Shown: piece by piece, positions 1-9,585 of the stretch
How positions within the stretch are numbered: the stretch's first letter is position 1
Layout: every line of letters begins with the position of its first letter
Source of the DNA: an uncultured Chloroflexia bacterium
Lineage (GTDB): Bacteria; Chloroflexota; Anaerolineae; Anaerolineales; Villigracilaceae
Length of the DNA stretch: 64,000 nucleotides
Direction of reading: 5' to 3'
NCBI GenBank assembly: GCA_963827305.1
Contig: CAWHAM010000007.1
Coordinates: forward strand, 14,812-78,811
Position numbers and translations under genes: made by a program
The notes under the pieces: generated by a model
What the model saw: the letters and a program-made list of their open reading frames with translations, nothing else
Databases searched by the model: none
Told to the model about the DNA's origin: nothing

Positions 1-287
1 ATGGTTTCGTAGTAACGTGGGTCCTGGGCCAGGTATCCAACGCGCCGGCGTATCTGTACGCTTTGGCGCTCGATATCATACCCAAAGACAGTTCCGCCGC
101 CGCCTGTCGGATGAGCCAAACCCAAGAGCAGCTTGATCGTGGTTGTCTTCCCGGCCCCATTCGGACCCAGAAAGCCAAAAATCGAATGTTGCGATACTTT
201 GAGATCCAGGCTCGTGAGTGCATTGACATTCTTAAAGACTTTGCTCAGGCCGTGGGTCTCGATTACGAGGGCATTATTTAGTTCCAT
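1..287 (-). CDS. ABC transporter ATP-binding protein, N-terminal part only (gene runs off the window start)
   Basis: Not in the ORF track. Reverse-complement translation from ATG at 287-285 reads MELNNALVIETHGLSKVFKNVNALTSLDLKVSQHSIFGFLGPNGAGKTTTIKLLLGLAHP..., with Walker A at the expected distance. Plus-strand ORFs 63..281 and 133..333 are its antisense shadows. Confidence 0.85.
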   Translation of the reverse strand, partial: MELNNALVIETHGLSKVFKNVNALTSLDLKVSQHSIFGFLGPNGAGKTTTIKLLLGLAHPTGGGGTVFGYDIERQSVQIRRRVGYLAQDPRYYET

Positions 288-364
288 GTGGAATCACTCC
301 TTTTTTTCGTGTTTCGTAAACTTCTTTTATTAACTTCCATTTCCTGCGCTTCTTCTTTAGGAAA

Positions 365-853
365 TCATTGGTTCATCAACCTTTCTCTAATTTTATCTAT
401 TGTGAATAAAGCCCGCAGGCGTGCTTGGATTGGCAGCTTTGGCTGGAAAAGAATGGCTACAACCGAAGTGAGGAACAGGCTTGGAATAAGAAAATTGAGC
501 ATGGTATAAAGACCGTTTCCAAGTGCATGCACCAATCCTGCCTTCGTAAACAAGGATGATGAAAGCACCATCCCCACCAGACTGAAAACCCAGATCAGCT
601 CCTCAAGGATGACCCAGCGGGCAAGCCAGTTACATCGCAGGGAATACGAGAGGAACGACAGCCCAAATGCCAGGATCATGCTTCCCAACAGAAACCAGGT
701 GGCAAATGTATTTACGTTTATACCGCCTGGCATCACCGGTGTCGGGAAGCCCAACGCTTGCAGGCTTATGCCGCTGAGGAACAAGCCAAGGAAGGACCCC
801 AGAACACACACCGGCAATTTCCAGAAATATCCCAAGATGACTGTTGGTTTCAT
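365..853 (-). CDS. hypothetical polytopic membrane protein
   Basis: 162-aa ORF with 4-5 hydrophobic helices. Sits co-directionally between an ABC-2 permease gene and the next ABC ATPase gene. No family recognised. Confidence 0.5.
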   Translation of the reverse strand: MKPTVILGYFWKLPVCVLGSFLGLFLSGISLQALGFPTPVMPGGINVNTFATWFLLGSMILAFGLSFLSYSLRCNWLARWVILEELIWVFSLVGMVLSSSLFTKAGLVHALGNGLYTMLNFLIPSLFLTSVVAILFQPKLPIQARLRALFTIDKIRERLMNQ

Positions 854-933
854 GCCTGATTTTCCTTTCGGAACAACAAACCTACTCGTTGCTCGCGCCG
901 ATTGTCTCTACTCATATCGGAACGGCCTCCGCC

Positions 934-2205
934 TCAGTCCACCTGGTAGCGGAAGCGCGGAATGGCGATCAGGAATAGCACAATCGTCATGCCCGCAAGG
1001 ACCGCCAGCGGAACCAGGATATCCACCAGAGTTGCTCCTTTGTAGGTCAGGGCGGTAAAGCCATCCATGGCCCAGGCGACCGGTGAAATGCGCCCAATGA
1101 TTTGCAGGAACCTGGGGGAGATGTCCATCGGCCACCAGGCGCCGCCGATGGGTGCAAGGATCAGGGTCAACAGCAGCCCGAGCATGCTGGCCTGGGCGGC
1201 GTTCTTCATCCCCGAACCGATCGCAAAGGCGAGGGCGGTGATGGCAAGGCAATAAACGATCACCAGCAACACCAGGGCAAGGGGATCCTTGCCGAAGTTC
1301 ATCTTGAACACGGCGCCGACGATGAACACCACCAGGAACTGCAGCAGCCCAAGAGAGAAGCGTGCAAGGATCTTGCCAGTCAGCAGGGTGCTGCGCGAGA
1401 CCGGCATCACTGCCAGGCGCTGCAGCGTCCACTGCTGGCGCTCGACGATCAGGGCGGCCATTCCTCCGAAGATGTTCATCAGCACGAACATCGTCCCCAT
1501 CCCCGGCACCGATTGCCCCAGACCTTGCTGCAGTTGGGCTCCCATCGACTGTCCGCCAGGATTGCTCGAAAGAGCGTAGTCCACATGGACGGTCTGCAAA
1601 TTCTCCAACTTGAGCGCCTGCTGGTACAGGTCGCCGCCCACCTGTTGGACCTGGTCAACCGGCAAGGCCTGGCCTTGCACCCGCTTGAACGCCGCCAAAC
1701 CCACCTGGGAGGCCACTGCGGCGGCATTCACCTGCGCAAGCGCGGCCTGGACAGCCTGCTGGGCCGCCTGGGAGGAGCCGTAATTGCTCGAGCTGCGGAA
1801 GGTCAGCGTAACGCTTTTCAGGGCCGCCAGACTGGCGCCGTAGCCGGAGGGGATCTCCAGCAGTCCCATGGAAGTGGATTTGGCCACCCGGTCGAGGGCC
1901 GTGCTTTCGGAAAGGGTTCCCGGCTTGCCCAGGCTGCAGGAATCCTTGGAGTTGTTATCCAGCGGGCAGAGGATTAGCTCCGGGTTGGAGGCCCGGATGG
2001 CCGCCAGGAACTGCGCGGAGGCCGGCGAGGCGTCCTGGTCGATCACGTCCAGCCGGTTGACCGGCGTCCCGCTGAATGTGCCTGAATTCACCAGGGCCAC
2101 GATGATCGTCATCACGGCCGGGGTTAGCAGCATGGAAATCAGGTTGGAGCGCTGCTTGAGAAAGACCCGCAGGTCTTGTCGAATGATTGCCCAGATTTTT
2201 GCCAT
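934..2205 (-). CDS. ABC-2 type transporter permease
   Basis: 423 aa. N-terminal TM, large extracytoplasmic loop, C-terminal multi-TM block (FVLMNIFGGMAALIVERQQWTLQRL...). Paralog of the upstream gene, with an 8-nt gap to it. Confidence 0.8.
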   Translation of the reverse strand: MAKIWAIIRQDLRVFLKQRSNLISMLLTPAVMTIIVALVNSGTFSGTPVNRLDVIDQDASPASAQFLAAIRASNPELILCPLDNNSKDSCSLGKPGTLSESTALDRVAKSTSMGLLEIPSGYGASLAALKSVTLTFRSSSNYGSSQAAQQAVQAALAQVNAAAVASQVGLAAFKRVQGQALPVDQVQQVGGDLYQQALKLENLQTVHVDYALSSNPGGQSMGAQLQQGLGQSVPGMGTMFVLMNIFGGMAALIVERQQWTLQRLAVMPVSRSTLLTGKILARFSLGLLQFLVVFIVGAVFKMNFGKDPLALVLLVIVYCLAITALAFAIGSGMKNAAQASMLGLLLTLILAPIGGAWWPMDISPRFLQIIGRISPVAWAMDGFTALTYKGATLVDILVPLAVLAGMTIVLFLIAIPRFRYQVD

Positions 2206-2213
2206 GCCTCACC

Positions 2214-3644
2214 TCACACTTCGAACTTTCTGTTGAAGAAGAAAAGACCGATCCCAAAGAATACGACCCCCTGGGCCAGCAGCACCAGCAGGTTGGGCCA
2301 TATCTCGCCATGCCCGGCAGCCAGCAAGTCAAAGGCATCCCGGCCCCAGTAGACCAGCGAGAACTGTGCCACGGAGCGCGGCAGTTGGAAGCCGAACGTC
2401 CCGCCCAACACGCCCAGGGCCATGGTCAGCATCGACCGGATGGTGACGGCCTGTTCCATGTCTTTTATCAGGCCGGCCAGCAGGACCCCCAGGCCCGAAA
2501 CGGCCAGGCTCACGCTCACCAGCACCAGCAGGAGCAAGCCCACGTCATTGCCCCAGATGAAAGCCGGGTGCCCCTCCATCAGGCTGCCGACTGCAGTCAG
2601 TACCAGCATCAGGATGAGCAGCTGGGCCAGCACGGAGAAGAACGTCCCGACCAGCTTGCCACCCAGCACCACCCAGCGCGGCGTGGGCGAAACCAGGATG
2701 CGCCCGAAGGTGCCATTGCGGCGTTCATCGTACATGCTCAGCACGCCGTTGATCCCGGTGAAGAGGGCAAAGAAGAGCGCCTGGGCCGACCCGAAAGTGA
2801 CCAGGAGTGTACCGGCCAGGTTGTTTGGGACAGCCTGGACGGGCAGGTCAGCCACCAGTACAATCCCGTTCCCCGGCACGAAGGCGCAGGTGAACAGCTC
2901 CCCCAGCTCCTGCGCCCTGGCTCCGCCGAGCGCGGACAGGGCGGCTGGATTGTGCAAAGCCAGTTCGGTCATGGTTGTTCCAATGGCGATGTTGCCCGAA
3001 ACGAGCTGTGCGGCGATGGAATCGACCACGCTGCGCACGATCACGGCCGAAAGGCTGTCGCCGCCGTTGCCATAGACCGTAATGGTCGTGGAAGCTTGAG
3101 GTTGGCGCGGGTCGGAGAGGCTGGCGAGCGCCCGGGAGAAATCCGCCGGGATGATCACCACAGCCGAATAGAGGCCCTTATCCACGGCTGCTTTCCCCGC
3201 CGTTTCCAGGTAGGTTGGGGCGTTGGCAGAGATCATGAGAGGAGCGATCTTTTTGCTGCTAACCAGGCTGTTTGCCTGGGTTTCGTCAAAAGTGGTCCCG
3301 GAGATCAGTTGCCCCAGGCTCATGCCTGCAGAACCCTGCCCGGAATCGTTCGCGGTGTGCGGGCAGGCCGGGAGTGGAGCCTCCGTGGCCGATGACAGTT
3401 GGCCGGTGGTGAGCATGCCCGCCAATATGGCTCCGAAGGCCGTCCCATTCCCAGCCGGCTGGTCGTGGTTGATGACTGCCACGGGGATGTGGCTGACGGG
3501 GCTGCTGGAGCGGCCCAGGCCGCCAAATGCCAGCCCGATGATCGTGGCGATGGCCAATGGAGCCGCAAACATGATGATCAGCAGGCGCCGGTCGGTGAAC
3601 CGGGTGCGGATATCCTTGAAGGCAATTGTCCAAAGCTTGTTCAT
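2214..3644 (-). CDS. ABC-2 type transporter permease
   Basis: 476 aa with the same architecture as 934..2205 (N-terminal TM, long loop, C-terminal 5-6 TM). Start lies 1 nt after the stop of the ATPase gene. Confidence 0.8.
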   Translation of the reverse strand: MNKLWTIAFKDIRTRFTDRRLLIIMFAAPLAIATIIGLAFGGLGRSSSPVSHIPVAVINHDQPAGNGTAFGAILAGMLTTGQLSSATEAPLPACPHTANDSGQGSAGMSLGQLISGTTFDETQANSLVSSKKIAPLMISANAPTYLETAGKAAVDKGLYSAVVIIPADFSRALASLSDPRQPQASTTITVYGNGGDSLSAVIVRSVVDSIAAQLVSGNIAIGTTMTELALHNPAALSALGGARAQELGELFTCAFVPGNGIVLVADLPVQAVPNNLAGTLLVTFGSAQALFFALFTGINGVLSMYDERRNGTFGRILVSPTPRWVVLGGKLVGTFFSVLAQLLILMLVLTAVGSLMEGHPAFIWGNDVGLLLLVLVSVSLAVSGLGVLLAGLIKDMEQAVTIRSMLTMALGVLGGTFGFQLPRSVAQFSLVYWGRDAFDLLAAGHGEIWPNLLVLLAQGVVFFGIGLFFFNRKFEV

Positions 3645-3645
3645 A

Positions 3646-4632
3646 TCAATCCCTCAAGGCACGACCAGTCAGATTGAGAAAGACAGCTTCCAGGTCGGGT
3701 TCATGCACCTCGACCGACTCGACCTGGATCCCGGCTTCATCGGCCAGGCGCAGGATGAAAGGCATGGCCTTGCGGCCGCGCGTGGCATTGACCACCATCA
3801 ATCCGCTGACGTTGGTCTTGTTCCCGCCTTCTTCGCCTGGCGGATCGTAAATGGCCTTGGTGACGCCTTCCACAGAAGTGCGGATGTGCTCCAGTGTTCC
3901 GTTGCTGATGACTGCCTGACCTACCTTGAAGATCAGTCTATCCTGTTCGCCCACCTGCAGGATCAGGTCGCCCGGGGTACCCATGGCGATGATCTCGCCG
4001 TGATCGATGATCCCGACCCGGTCGCTCAATTCCTGGGCTTCCTCCATCAGATGCGTGGTATAGAGCACGGTCATGCCGCGTTGTTCGCGCAGCTGCTTGA
4101 CGGTATCGAGAATGCGCCGCCGGCTTTGCGGGTCGATCCCCACCGTTGGTTCATCCATGTAAATGACCTGTGGATCGTGCAGCAGCCCGGCGGCAATATT
4201 GATGCGCCGCTTCATCCCGCCTGAAAAGGTTTCGATCCGGTCGAATTGGCGATCGCTCAGTTCCACAAATTCAAGCATGGTATCAATCCGTTTGGCCAGG
4301 TCCTTCCCGCCCAGCCCGTACATACGGCCAAAGAACTCCAGGTTTTGGCGTGCATTCAAGGTTGGGTAAAGGGCAATTTCCTGCGGGACAACTCCCAGCA
4401 GGCGCTTGGCTTCCAGCGGCTGGCGGGTGATCGAGTAACCGCCGATGGTTGCATCTCCACTGGTTGGCTCGAGCAGACCGCTGATCATCGAGATGGTGGT
4501 GGTTTTGCCGGCCCCGTTCGGGCCCAGCAGGCTGAAGATCTCACCCTTTTGGATATCGAACGATATCCCTTTCACGGCGGTCAAGTCGCCATATTTCTTG
4601 ACCAGATTTTTTACTTCGAGTATGGCTGTCAT
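3646..4632 (-). CDS. ABC transporter ATP-binding protein (ABC-2/DrrA-like, with C-terminal extra domain)
   Basis: Walker A GPNGAGKTTT, signature SGGMKRR, Walker B VIYMDEPTVGID, H-loop TTHLMEE, plus a roughly 100-aa C-terminal extension. Confidence 0.95.
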   Translation of the reverse strand: MTAILEVKNLVKKYGDLTAVKGISFDIQKGEIFSLLGPNGAGKTTTISMISGLLEPTSGDATIGGYSITRQPLEAKRLLGVVPQEIALYPTLNARQNLEFFGRMYGLGGKDLAKRIDTMLEFVELSDRQFDRIETFSGGMKRRINIAAGLLHDPQVIYMDEPTVGIDPQSRRRILDTVKQLREQRGMTVLYTTHLMEEAQELSDRVGIIDHGEIIAMGTPGDLILQVGEQDRLIFKVGQAVISNGTLEHIRTSVEGVTKAIYDPPGEEGGNKTNVSGLMVVNATRGRKAMPFILRLADEAGIQVESVEVHEPDLEAVFLNLTGRALRD

Positions 4633-4669
4633 GGTTCCTCCTGAAATACTATCAATTCTAATGGTGTGG

Positions 4670-5137
4670 TTAAGCAGGAAAAAGCGCTGTCCCCACCAAG
4701 GCCAGGCCGCCCAGGATGAGCAGGGCCGGCCAGAAGATGCCGATGTCCAGGTTTAACAGGAAGACCACTGCCAGGATGGTCAACAGGATTCCCACGGTCA
4801 GTGATCCGGCCCCACCGCGCGTCAACCGATTGTTTTCCTGATAGATATCCCAAGCGGCGATATACGCCCAAAATGCAGGGATCAGGATAAACAGGGCCCA
4901 CCAGTTCATGAAGAAGGGAATGCCCAGGTTTTGCATCAAGAGGGCCACGCCCAGAAGGATTAAAAGCGCGCCAAAGAACCAGCCGGTGTGACGCGAGCCG
5001 CGCCTCTGCCAGCGTGCCTCGTGGCGAGCCCAGCGCTCTGCGCGGCGCTGCTCACGCCAGTCATGGTAGCTGGGAGATGGTTCGGGTGGCGGATTGGTTG
5101 GCTGATTCTGGTTGGGAATTGGGTTTTGGTTGTTCAT
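4670..5137 (-). CDS. small membrane protein with Pro/Asn-rich N-terminus and Arg-rich juxtamembrane segment (possibly LiaF/LiaI-like TM domain)
   Basis: 155 aa. MNNQNPIPNQNQPTNPPPEPSP, then a basic stretch, then 4 predicted TM helices. In operon context. Confidence 0.5.
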   Translation of the reverse strand: MNNQNPIPNQNQPTNPPPEPSPSYHDWREQRRAERWARHEARWQRRGSRHTGWFFGALLILLGVALLMQNLGIPFFMNWWALFILIPAFWAYIAAWDIYQENNRLTRGGAGSLTVGILLTILAVVFLLNLDIGIFWPALLILGGLALVGTALFPA

Positions 5138-5188
5138 AATTTTTTCCTTTCTGGTTGTTGGAAGGTCTCAAGTTTTTTATTCGTTCTT

Positions 5189-6040
5189 TCATGTGGTTGC
5201 AACAGGCGGCTTGAGCGTGACGGCCGGGACGGTTGCAGCGGAAGGTGGAGGATTTTCCTGCACAGGTTCGGGCTGGCGCAAACGGAAGATCAGGAACAGG
5301 TTGACGATCGCGAATACACACATGAAGGCATAGGCCGGGAGAGCGCCGCCGAGACCAGAGAGCAGGGTCGCCCCGGTATCCATCGCGGCATGGTAAAGGA
5401 CCGCCAGCCAAACCCAGAACCATTGCCTGCGCGTGAAGGTTTGCAGAACGAGCATGGCCATGGCAATATGGGTCGGGATGGAGAAAAGACGTTGCAGGGC
5501 ACCCTGCAGGGAGTTGAACCAAGGCATCGACCAGTACCCGGAAACCTGTTGCTGGGTCTGCGCCAATTGACCGACCGGGACTATTTTGGAGAGATCCGCA
5601 TTCCGCAGATAGGCGAAATGCACAAAAGTGTACAGGGCAATCGCGCCGAAGATGATCGCCTCCGCGCCGCCGTGTCCGGCTCCCGTCAGTACGCCCTTTC
5701 GCCAGGAGCGTGCATCCTTCGCCCACCAGTGGAACATCTCATAGCGGAAGAGCTCCTCGAACAGGCCGGCGCTCAAGCCGACGTACACGGCATTGAATAT
5801 CAGCGCGGTTTCCGATGACATTTTTGTCAAAGGCGTGGGATTGACGACCAGGGTAAAAAGTGCGTTGAAAGGGATGTGCCCGATCTGCGAAAGGATGAAG
5901 GTCGCGGCGCCGATCAGCCACAGGCGTGCGCCGAGCTTCCAGCGTACGGCCAGGAAGATCGCCAGCCCGACGGGTATTGCGATCATTAGCAGGCTGTTCA
6001 GAAGATGGGCGAGAAAAATGTACAAGAATTTTGTGTCCAT
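5189..6040 (-). CDS. YhfC-family intramembrane metalloprotease
   Basis: Motifs GLFEELFRY, GAGHGGAEAI and LYHAAMD in a polytopic protein match the YhfC-family pattern. Start moved to the internal ATG at 6040 (MDTKFLYIF...), which is preceded by AGGAAGGA. The track start 6115 would overlap the upstream gene. Confidence 0.75.
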   Translation of the reverse strand: MDTKFLYIFLAHLLNSLLMIAIPVGLAIFLAVRWKLGARLWLIGAATFILSQIGHIPFNALFTLVVNPTPLTKMSSETALIFNAVYVGLSAGLFEELFRYEMFHWWAKDARSWRKGVLTGAGHGGAEAIIFGAIALYTFVHFAYLRNADLSKIVPVGQLAQTQQQVSGYWSMPWFNSLQGALQRLFSIPTHIAMAMLVLQTFTRRQWFWVWLAVLYHAAMDTGATLLSGLGGALPAYAFMCVFAIVNLFLIFRLRQPEPVQENPPPSAATVPAVTLKPPVATT

Positions 6041-6083
6041 TCCAATCCTTCCTAAAGGATGGCAAGATCGATTCCATGGATGT

Positions 6084-6911
6084 CTAGGTACTATTTCCCT
6101 GGCCTTGGTATTCAAAAGGTAGTCGGGGTCGTAGACTCCAGAAGATGATCGCGAGTAATAATCCCATGGCAGCAGTCACAGCACCATACTCGCCCAACAA
6201 TAGCCAGGTGTTGCCAGAGTCCGTTGTTAGAACATTGAACACATGTAACATGAATACATTATGACTTCCGTGAAGCAGCGCGACGGTCCACATACTACCT
6301 GATTTCAACCGGAGCCAGGCTGCCGCAAAGCTTAATCCAATTGCGAAAACGGTGAAGCAAACCAGGCTGTACGGCAAGGAAGTGTTAACCAACCGAACGT
6401 TCGAATAGATGATCAAAGGATAGTGCCAGACTGCCCAAATCAAACCCGTAATAATAGCGGTTTTGGAGAAGCTGGTAAGTTTAATCATTTTAGGGACGAG
6501 AAATCCGCGCCAGGCGACTTCTTCCAGGACGGCTGATAGGGTGCCATTGAACAACATGGTCAAAAGGTAGACCGGAAAGTTGGGGGAAAATTGGCCGTTA
6601 TATTTGCCCCGACCAGTAAGCCATACGAGGCCGTACTCGAGTAAACAATATATGAGCGGCATTACCAACCCTAGAACCAGATACGTTATCTTCCCCGGCT
6701 GCCAGCCGACTGGCCTTAGGCTGTGCTCGAAGACCAGGTAAGTGATGACTGCAGCAAGTCCGGGCGCAAGCATTAAAAGGCCTGCCGACTTGGATTGCCC
6801 ACCATTGATGGTCCCCGCTCGAAGAATAGGGATATAAGCCAGGGCACTGAAAATAACAGTCAATGCCAGGAAAACGATGATCTCACGCAAGGTCTTGCTT
6901 TTTTTGTCCAT
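6084..6911 (-). CDS. CPBP (CAAX/Abi) family intramembrane metalloprotease
   Basis: Motifs EEVAWRGFL, WAVWH and HGSHN. Start set to ATG at 6911 (MDKKSKTLREI...), because the longer track ORF overlaps the receiver gene. Confidence 0.85.
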   Translation of the reverse strand: MDKKSKTLREIIVFLALTVIFSALAYIPILRAGTINGGQSKSAGLLMLAPGLAAVITYLVFEHSLRPVGWQPGKITYLVLGLVMPLIYCLLEYGLVWLTGRGKYNGQFSPNFPVYLLTMLFNGTLSAVLEEVAWRGFLVPKMIKLTSFSKTAIITGLIWAVWHYPLIIYSNVRLVNTSLPYSLVCFTVFAIGLSFAAAWLRLKSGSMWTVALLHGSHNVFMLHVFNVLTTDSGNTWLLLGEYGAVTAAMGLLLAIIFWSLRPRLPFEYQGQGNST

Positions 6912-6921
6912 TCTGTGACCT

Positions 6922-7296
6922 CTATGACCTTTTCTGCATAACCTCTGCGAGCGCTTTCCGGAGGTTTTCGGGAGGATCACTTTTGCGAACAAAGGCATCC
7001 GCACCAGCCGCCAGGGCGAATGCCTGATAATCCGGATAGATCGAAATGACGATAATCTTAATCTGTGGCCATTTTGCCTTGATAAGCCTGGTTGCTTCCA
7101 GGCCGCCCATCTTTGGCATGCGTGCATCCATCAAGATGACATCGGGTTGAAGGTCTTCGACCAACTGGACAGCTTCAGTTCCGTTCGTAGCTTCACGGAC
7201 TTCCTCGAGTTGGTGCCAGACCTCCAACAGGGCTTTCATGCTCTGACGTGCCCGGGGTGTATCGTCAACGATGAGAACGCGGATTTTAGGGTTCAT
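6922..7296 (-). CDS. single-domain response regulator (CheY-like receiver, no output domain)
   Basis: 124 aa. IRVLIVDDTP, phospho-acceptor context DVILMDARMPKMGG, conserved K in KIIVISIY. Confidence 0.9.
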   Translation of the reverse strand: MNPKIRVLIVDDTPRARQSMKALLEVWHQLEEVREATNGTEAVQLVEDLQPDVILMDARMPKMGGLEATRLIKAKWPQIKIIVISIYPDYQAFALAAGADAFVRKSDPPENLRKALAEVMQKRS

Positions 7297-7399
7297 CCCT
7301 TCCTTCCGGTATAGTAGTGATTTGTAACTGGTCAGCCAGATGTGACACTTTGTTTGCCGTTATTGACAACATATTAGGTCTGAGCATCTCGCTGTGAGG

Positions 7400-8746
7400 T
7401 CAATACGTTCCGGTAGAGGAAAAGCTTCCTTCATCCTTAAGGTAAACGTTAAAGAATTGCAAGACCGTGGCGTTCAGCTTCTCAATGGTGGAAAATGGAT
7501 CTGCATCCGGTCCGTTGTAGGCATGGAACGAGCCGTTCAACAGGGACGTCAATAAAGGTGAACTTAGGGCGAGATCGGTGAAACTCAGATGATTTGTCCC
7601 CGGATAATCGATTTCGTAGGCATGGGGAGCAGTTGCAACTACATGTTTCAATGCGATGACATCGGCCGCATTCGGAACGGCTGCCATCCCAGGTGCCAAT
7701 GCATCCGACACAATGATCAGGATCGGGACAGGAAAAGGAGTGTTATTGAGCACCGGCTTGCCATTCACCACACCCACATACTCACCGGCTGGATCGGCAT
7801 CCAGGTCAATTACCGCACCGATGTCGTTTTTCCCACTGGCGATGCGCTGCCTGGCAGCCTGGGCGCTTGACTCTCCACCCAGGGAGTGTCCCATCAGACC
7901 GATTTTCTTGACATCCACCAGGCGATAAACGTCAGCCGAGCCGCTGCCTTGAGCATAGGCAAAGATCGTATCAAGGACGAAATTGATGTCAGTGATTTGA
8001 ACGGCCATCCATGAATGCTCGATTTGAAGGTCCGTGGCATAATCATACTTATTAGAGTTGAGGTTATACAACTCCTGCCGGATGGATGGCGACTGGATCA
8101 CCAAACGCCCGTCACTGCCGCGGGTGAAAAGGGCGATGTAGGGATTGTCGATGGAGCAGACCACATAACCATTGCTGGCTAAGTCCAGGAAGGTCGATCT
8201 ATTCTGTGTTTTCATCCCCATGGAACCGTGGGAAAATACGACCAGGGGGTATTTTTGACCGCCGGTTGAATCCGCCGGATACCAGAATTCCACGTTGACC
8301 TTTCTCTTCTCGCCCGTGTTGGTAAAGGTTTCGGTCTGGTTCTGATTGATATATGAAAACATGGCCGTGGCAACCGGATGCTTTCCGGTCACCCTGGGCT
8401 GCGGATGCTGCGGGAAAACAAGGGCGGGGATTACGACGATGACAACAAGCAGCAGCGTACCAATTGCCTTGGACACGATCGGTCCGGTTTTATATTCTTT
8501 TCTCTCCACCGGTTTGCGGATCAACGTCCAGGCGCCCAGCGCGGCCCAGATGAACAGCAAGATGGCCAGCAAGTACCAGCGGAAGCCCCACTGGATGACT
8601 GAGACCAACGTGAATGTGACGAAAGCAGCCAACGCGCCGATCCGGATAAAGCTTTTGACTTTTTTCTGGTTCGATTTCGTAATAATGCAATATGTTGCGA
8701 ATGCAACTTCAATGACGAAAGTAATAATCAGAATGATTGTTCCCAT
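7400..8746 (-). CDS. membrane-anchored alpha/beta hydrolase (PAF-acetylhydrolase/dienelactone-hydrolase-like)
   Basis: Four N-terminal TM helices, then PLVVFSHG and the nucleophile elbow GHSLGG. Confidence 0.75.
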   Translation of the reverse strand: MGTIILIITFVIEVAFATYCIITKSNQKKVKSFIRIGALAAFVTFTLVSVIQWGFRWYLLAILLFIWAALGAWTLIRKPVERKEYKTGPIVSKAIGTLLLVVIVVIPALVFPQHPQPRVTGKHPVATAMFSYINQNQTETFTNTGEKRKVNVEFWYPADSTGGQKYPLVVFSHGSMGMKTQNRSTFLDLASNGYVVCSIDNPYIALFTRGSDGRLVIQSPSIRQELYNLNSNKYDYATDLQIEHSWMAVQITDINFVLDTIFAYAQGSGSADVYRLVDVKKIGLMGHSLGGESSAQAARQRIASGKNDIGAVIDLDADPAGEYVGVVNGKPVLNNTPFPVPILIIVSDALAPGMAAVPNAADVIALKHVVATAPHAYEIDYPGTNHLSFTDLALSSPLLTSLLNGSFHAYNGPDADPFSTIEKLNATVLQFFNVYLKDEGSFSSTGTY

Positions 8747-8831
8747 GGCGATTTCCTTTCTTTTTTTCTCGCTATAACGATAACAGTTTCATCATTCAAT
8801 GTCATCGGGAGAAGGGTCTAATCTTTGCTAA

Positions 8832-8860
8832 ACAAAAAAGACCGCCTGGATTGGCGGTCT
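8832..8860 (-). terminator. rho-independent terminator after the NarL-type regulator gene
   Basis: Minus strand reads AGACCGCCAATCCAGGCGGTCTTTTTTGTTT: an 8-9 bp GC stem plus a T-tract. Confidence 0.6.
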
Positions 8861-8907
8861 CATCGAAATAGGTGATAGCCTTCTACCCTAAAAGGGGTAA
8901 AAGGAGA

Positions 8908-9582
8908 TTATTCGGTTTTGGTTCCCGGAATATCATCCACCGAGGCAATGCCCTCTTTCAAGGCGTAAAGGGCGGCCTGCGTGCGGCTGGCGAGGTGGAG
9001 TTTATTCAGAATGTTGCTCACATGGGTGTGAACAGTCTCCTCGGCGATCACCAATGTCCCGGCTATTTCCTTGTTACTCTGTCCTTGCGCAACCAGGCGA
9101 AGAATTTCCATCTCGCGCGCCGTAAGCGGGTCGGGAGTTAGTGGTTTTTGGGGCGGGTTGGACAATTCAGCCAACACTTTACGTGCAATTGAAGGGTCAA
9201 GGGATGGCTCCCCGCGGTAAACTTGTCGAATGGCCTGTACCAGTTCCTGAGGTCCTGAATCCTTCAGGAGATAGCCCAATGCACCGGCTTTAATGGCAGG
9301 AAAGACCTGCTCGTCCGCCGCGAAACTCGTCAGTACCAATACGCGGGCCCCAGACTGCCCGGCTGTGATCTCCCGGGTGGCCTGAATCCCATCCACCTTT
9401 GGCATCATAAGGTCCATGAGAATCACATCCGGGTGCAGCGTGTGAGCCTGAGCCACAGCCTCCGCGCCGTTGCTTGCCTCGCCGACCACCTGGATATCCC
9501 GCTTGGTTGCCAGAAGAGCGCGGATCCCCTTGCGGACTATTTCATGGTCATCTACGATCAGAACACGGATAGGGGAAGACAT
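8908..9582 (-). CDS. NarL/FixJ (LuxR-type HTH) response regulator
   Basis: Receiver domain (IRVLIVDDHEIVRKG, DVILMDLMMP) plus a C-terminal LuxR HTH (LTAREMEILRLVAQGQSNKEIA). Confidence 0.95.
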   Translation of the reverse strand: MSSPIRVLIVDDHEIVRKGIRALLATKRDIQVVGEASNGAEAVAQAHTLHPDVILMDLMMPKVDGIQATREITAGQSGARVLVLTSFAADEQVFPAIKAGALGYLLKDSGPQELVQAIRQVYRGEPSLDPSIARKVLAELSNPPQKPLTPDPLTAREMEILRLVAQGQSNKEIAGTLVIAEETVHTHVSNILNKLHLASRTQAALYALKEGIASVDDIPGTKTE

Positions 9583-9585
9583 CGG

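Noticed and set aside
1102-3395. Long plus-strand ORFs (1102..1977, 2187..3395) opposite the ABC-2 permease genes. Similar cases are 45948..46859, 57180..58136, 62129..63055, 25498..26370 and 55697..56446.
   Set aside because: These are antisense shadow ORFs of GC-rich genes. Their translations are Arg/Gly/His/Gln-rich with no motifs, while the opposite strand encodes clearly recognisable proteins.
6912-7127. N-terminal extensions offered by the ORF track. Examples are CPBP to 7127, YhfC to 6115, proC to 40399, degV to 43336, GT87 to 22923 and 24886, GT-C to 21592, and DUF4342 to 25142.
   Set aside because: The extensions overlap the upstream gene or are Arg/Cys/Trp-rich nonsense. Internal ATGs have better SD context and give N-termini matching family expectations.
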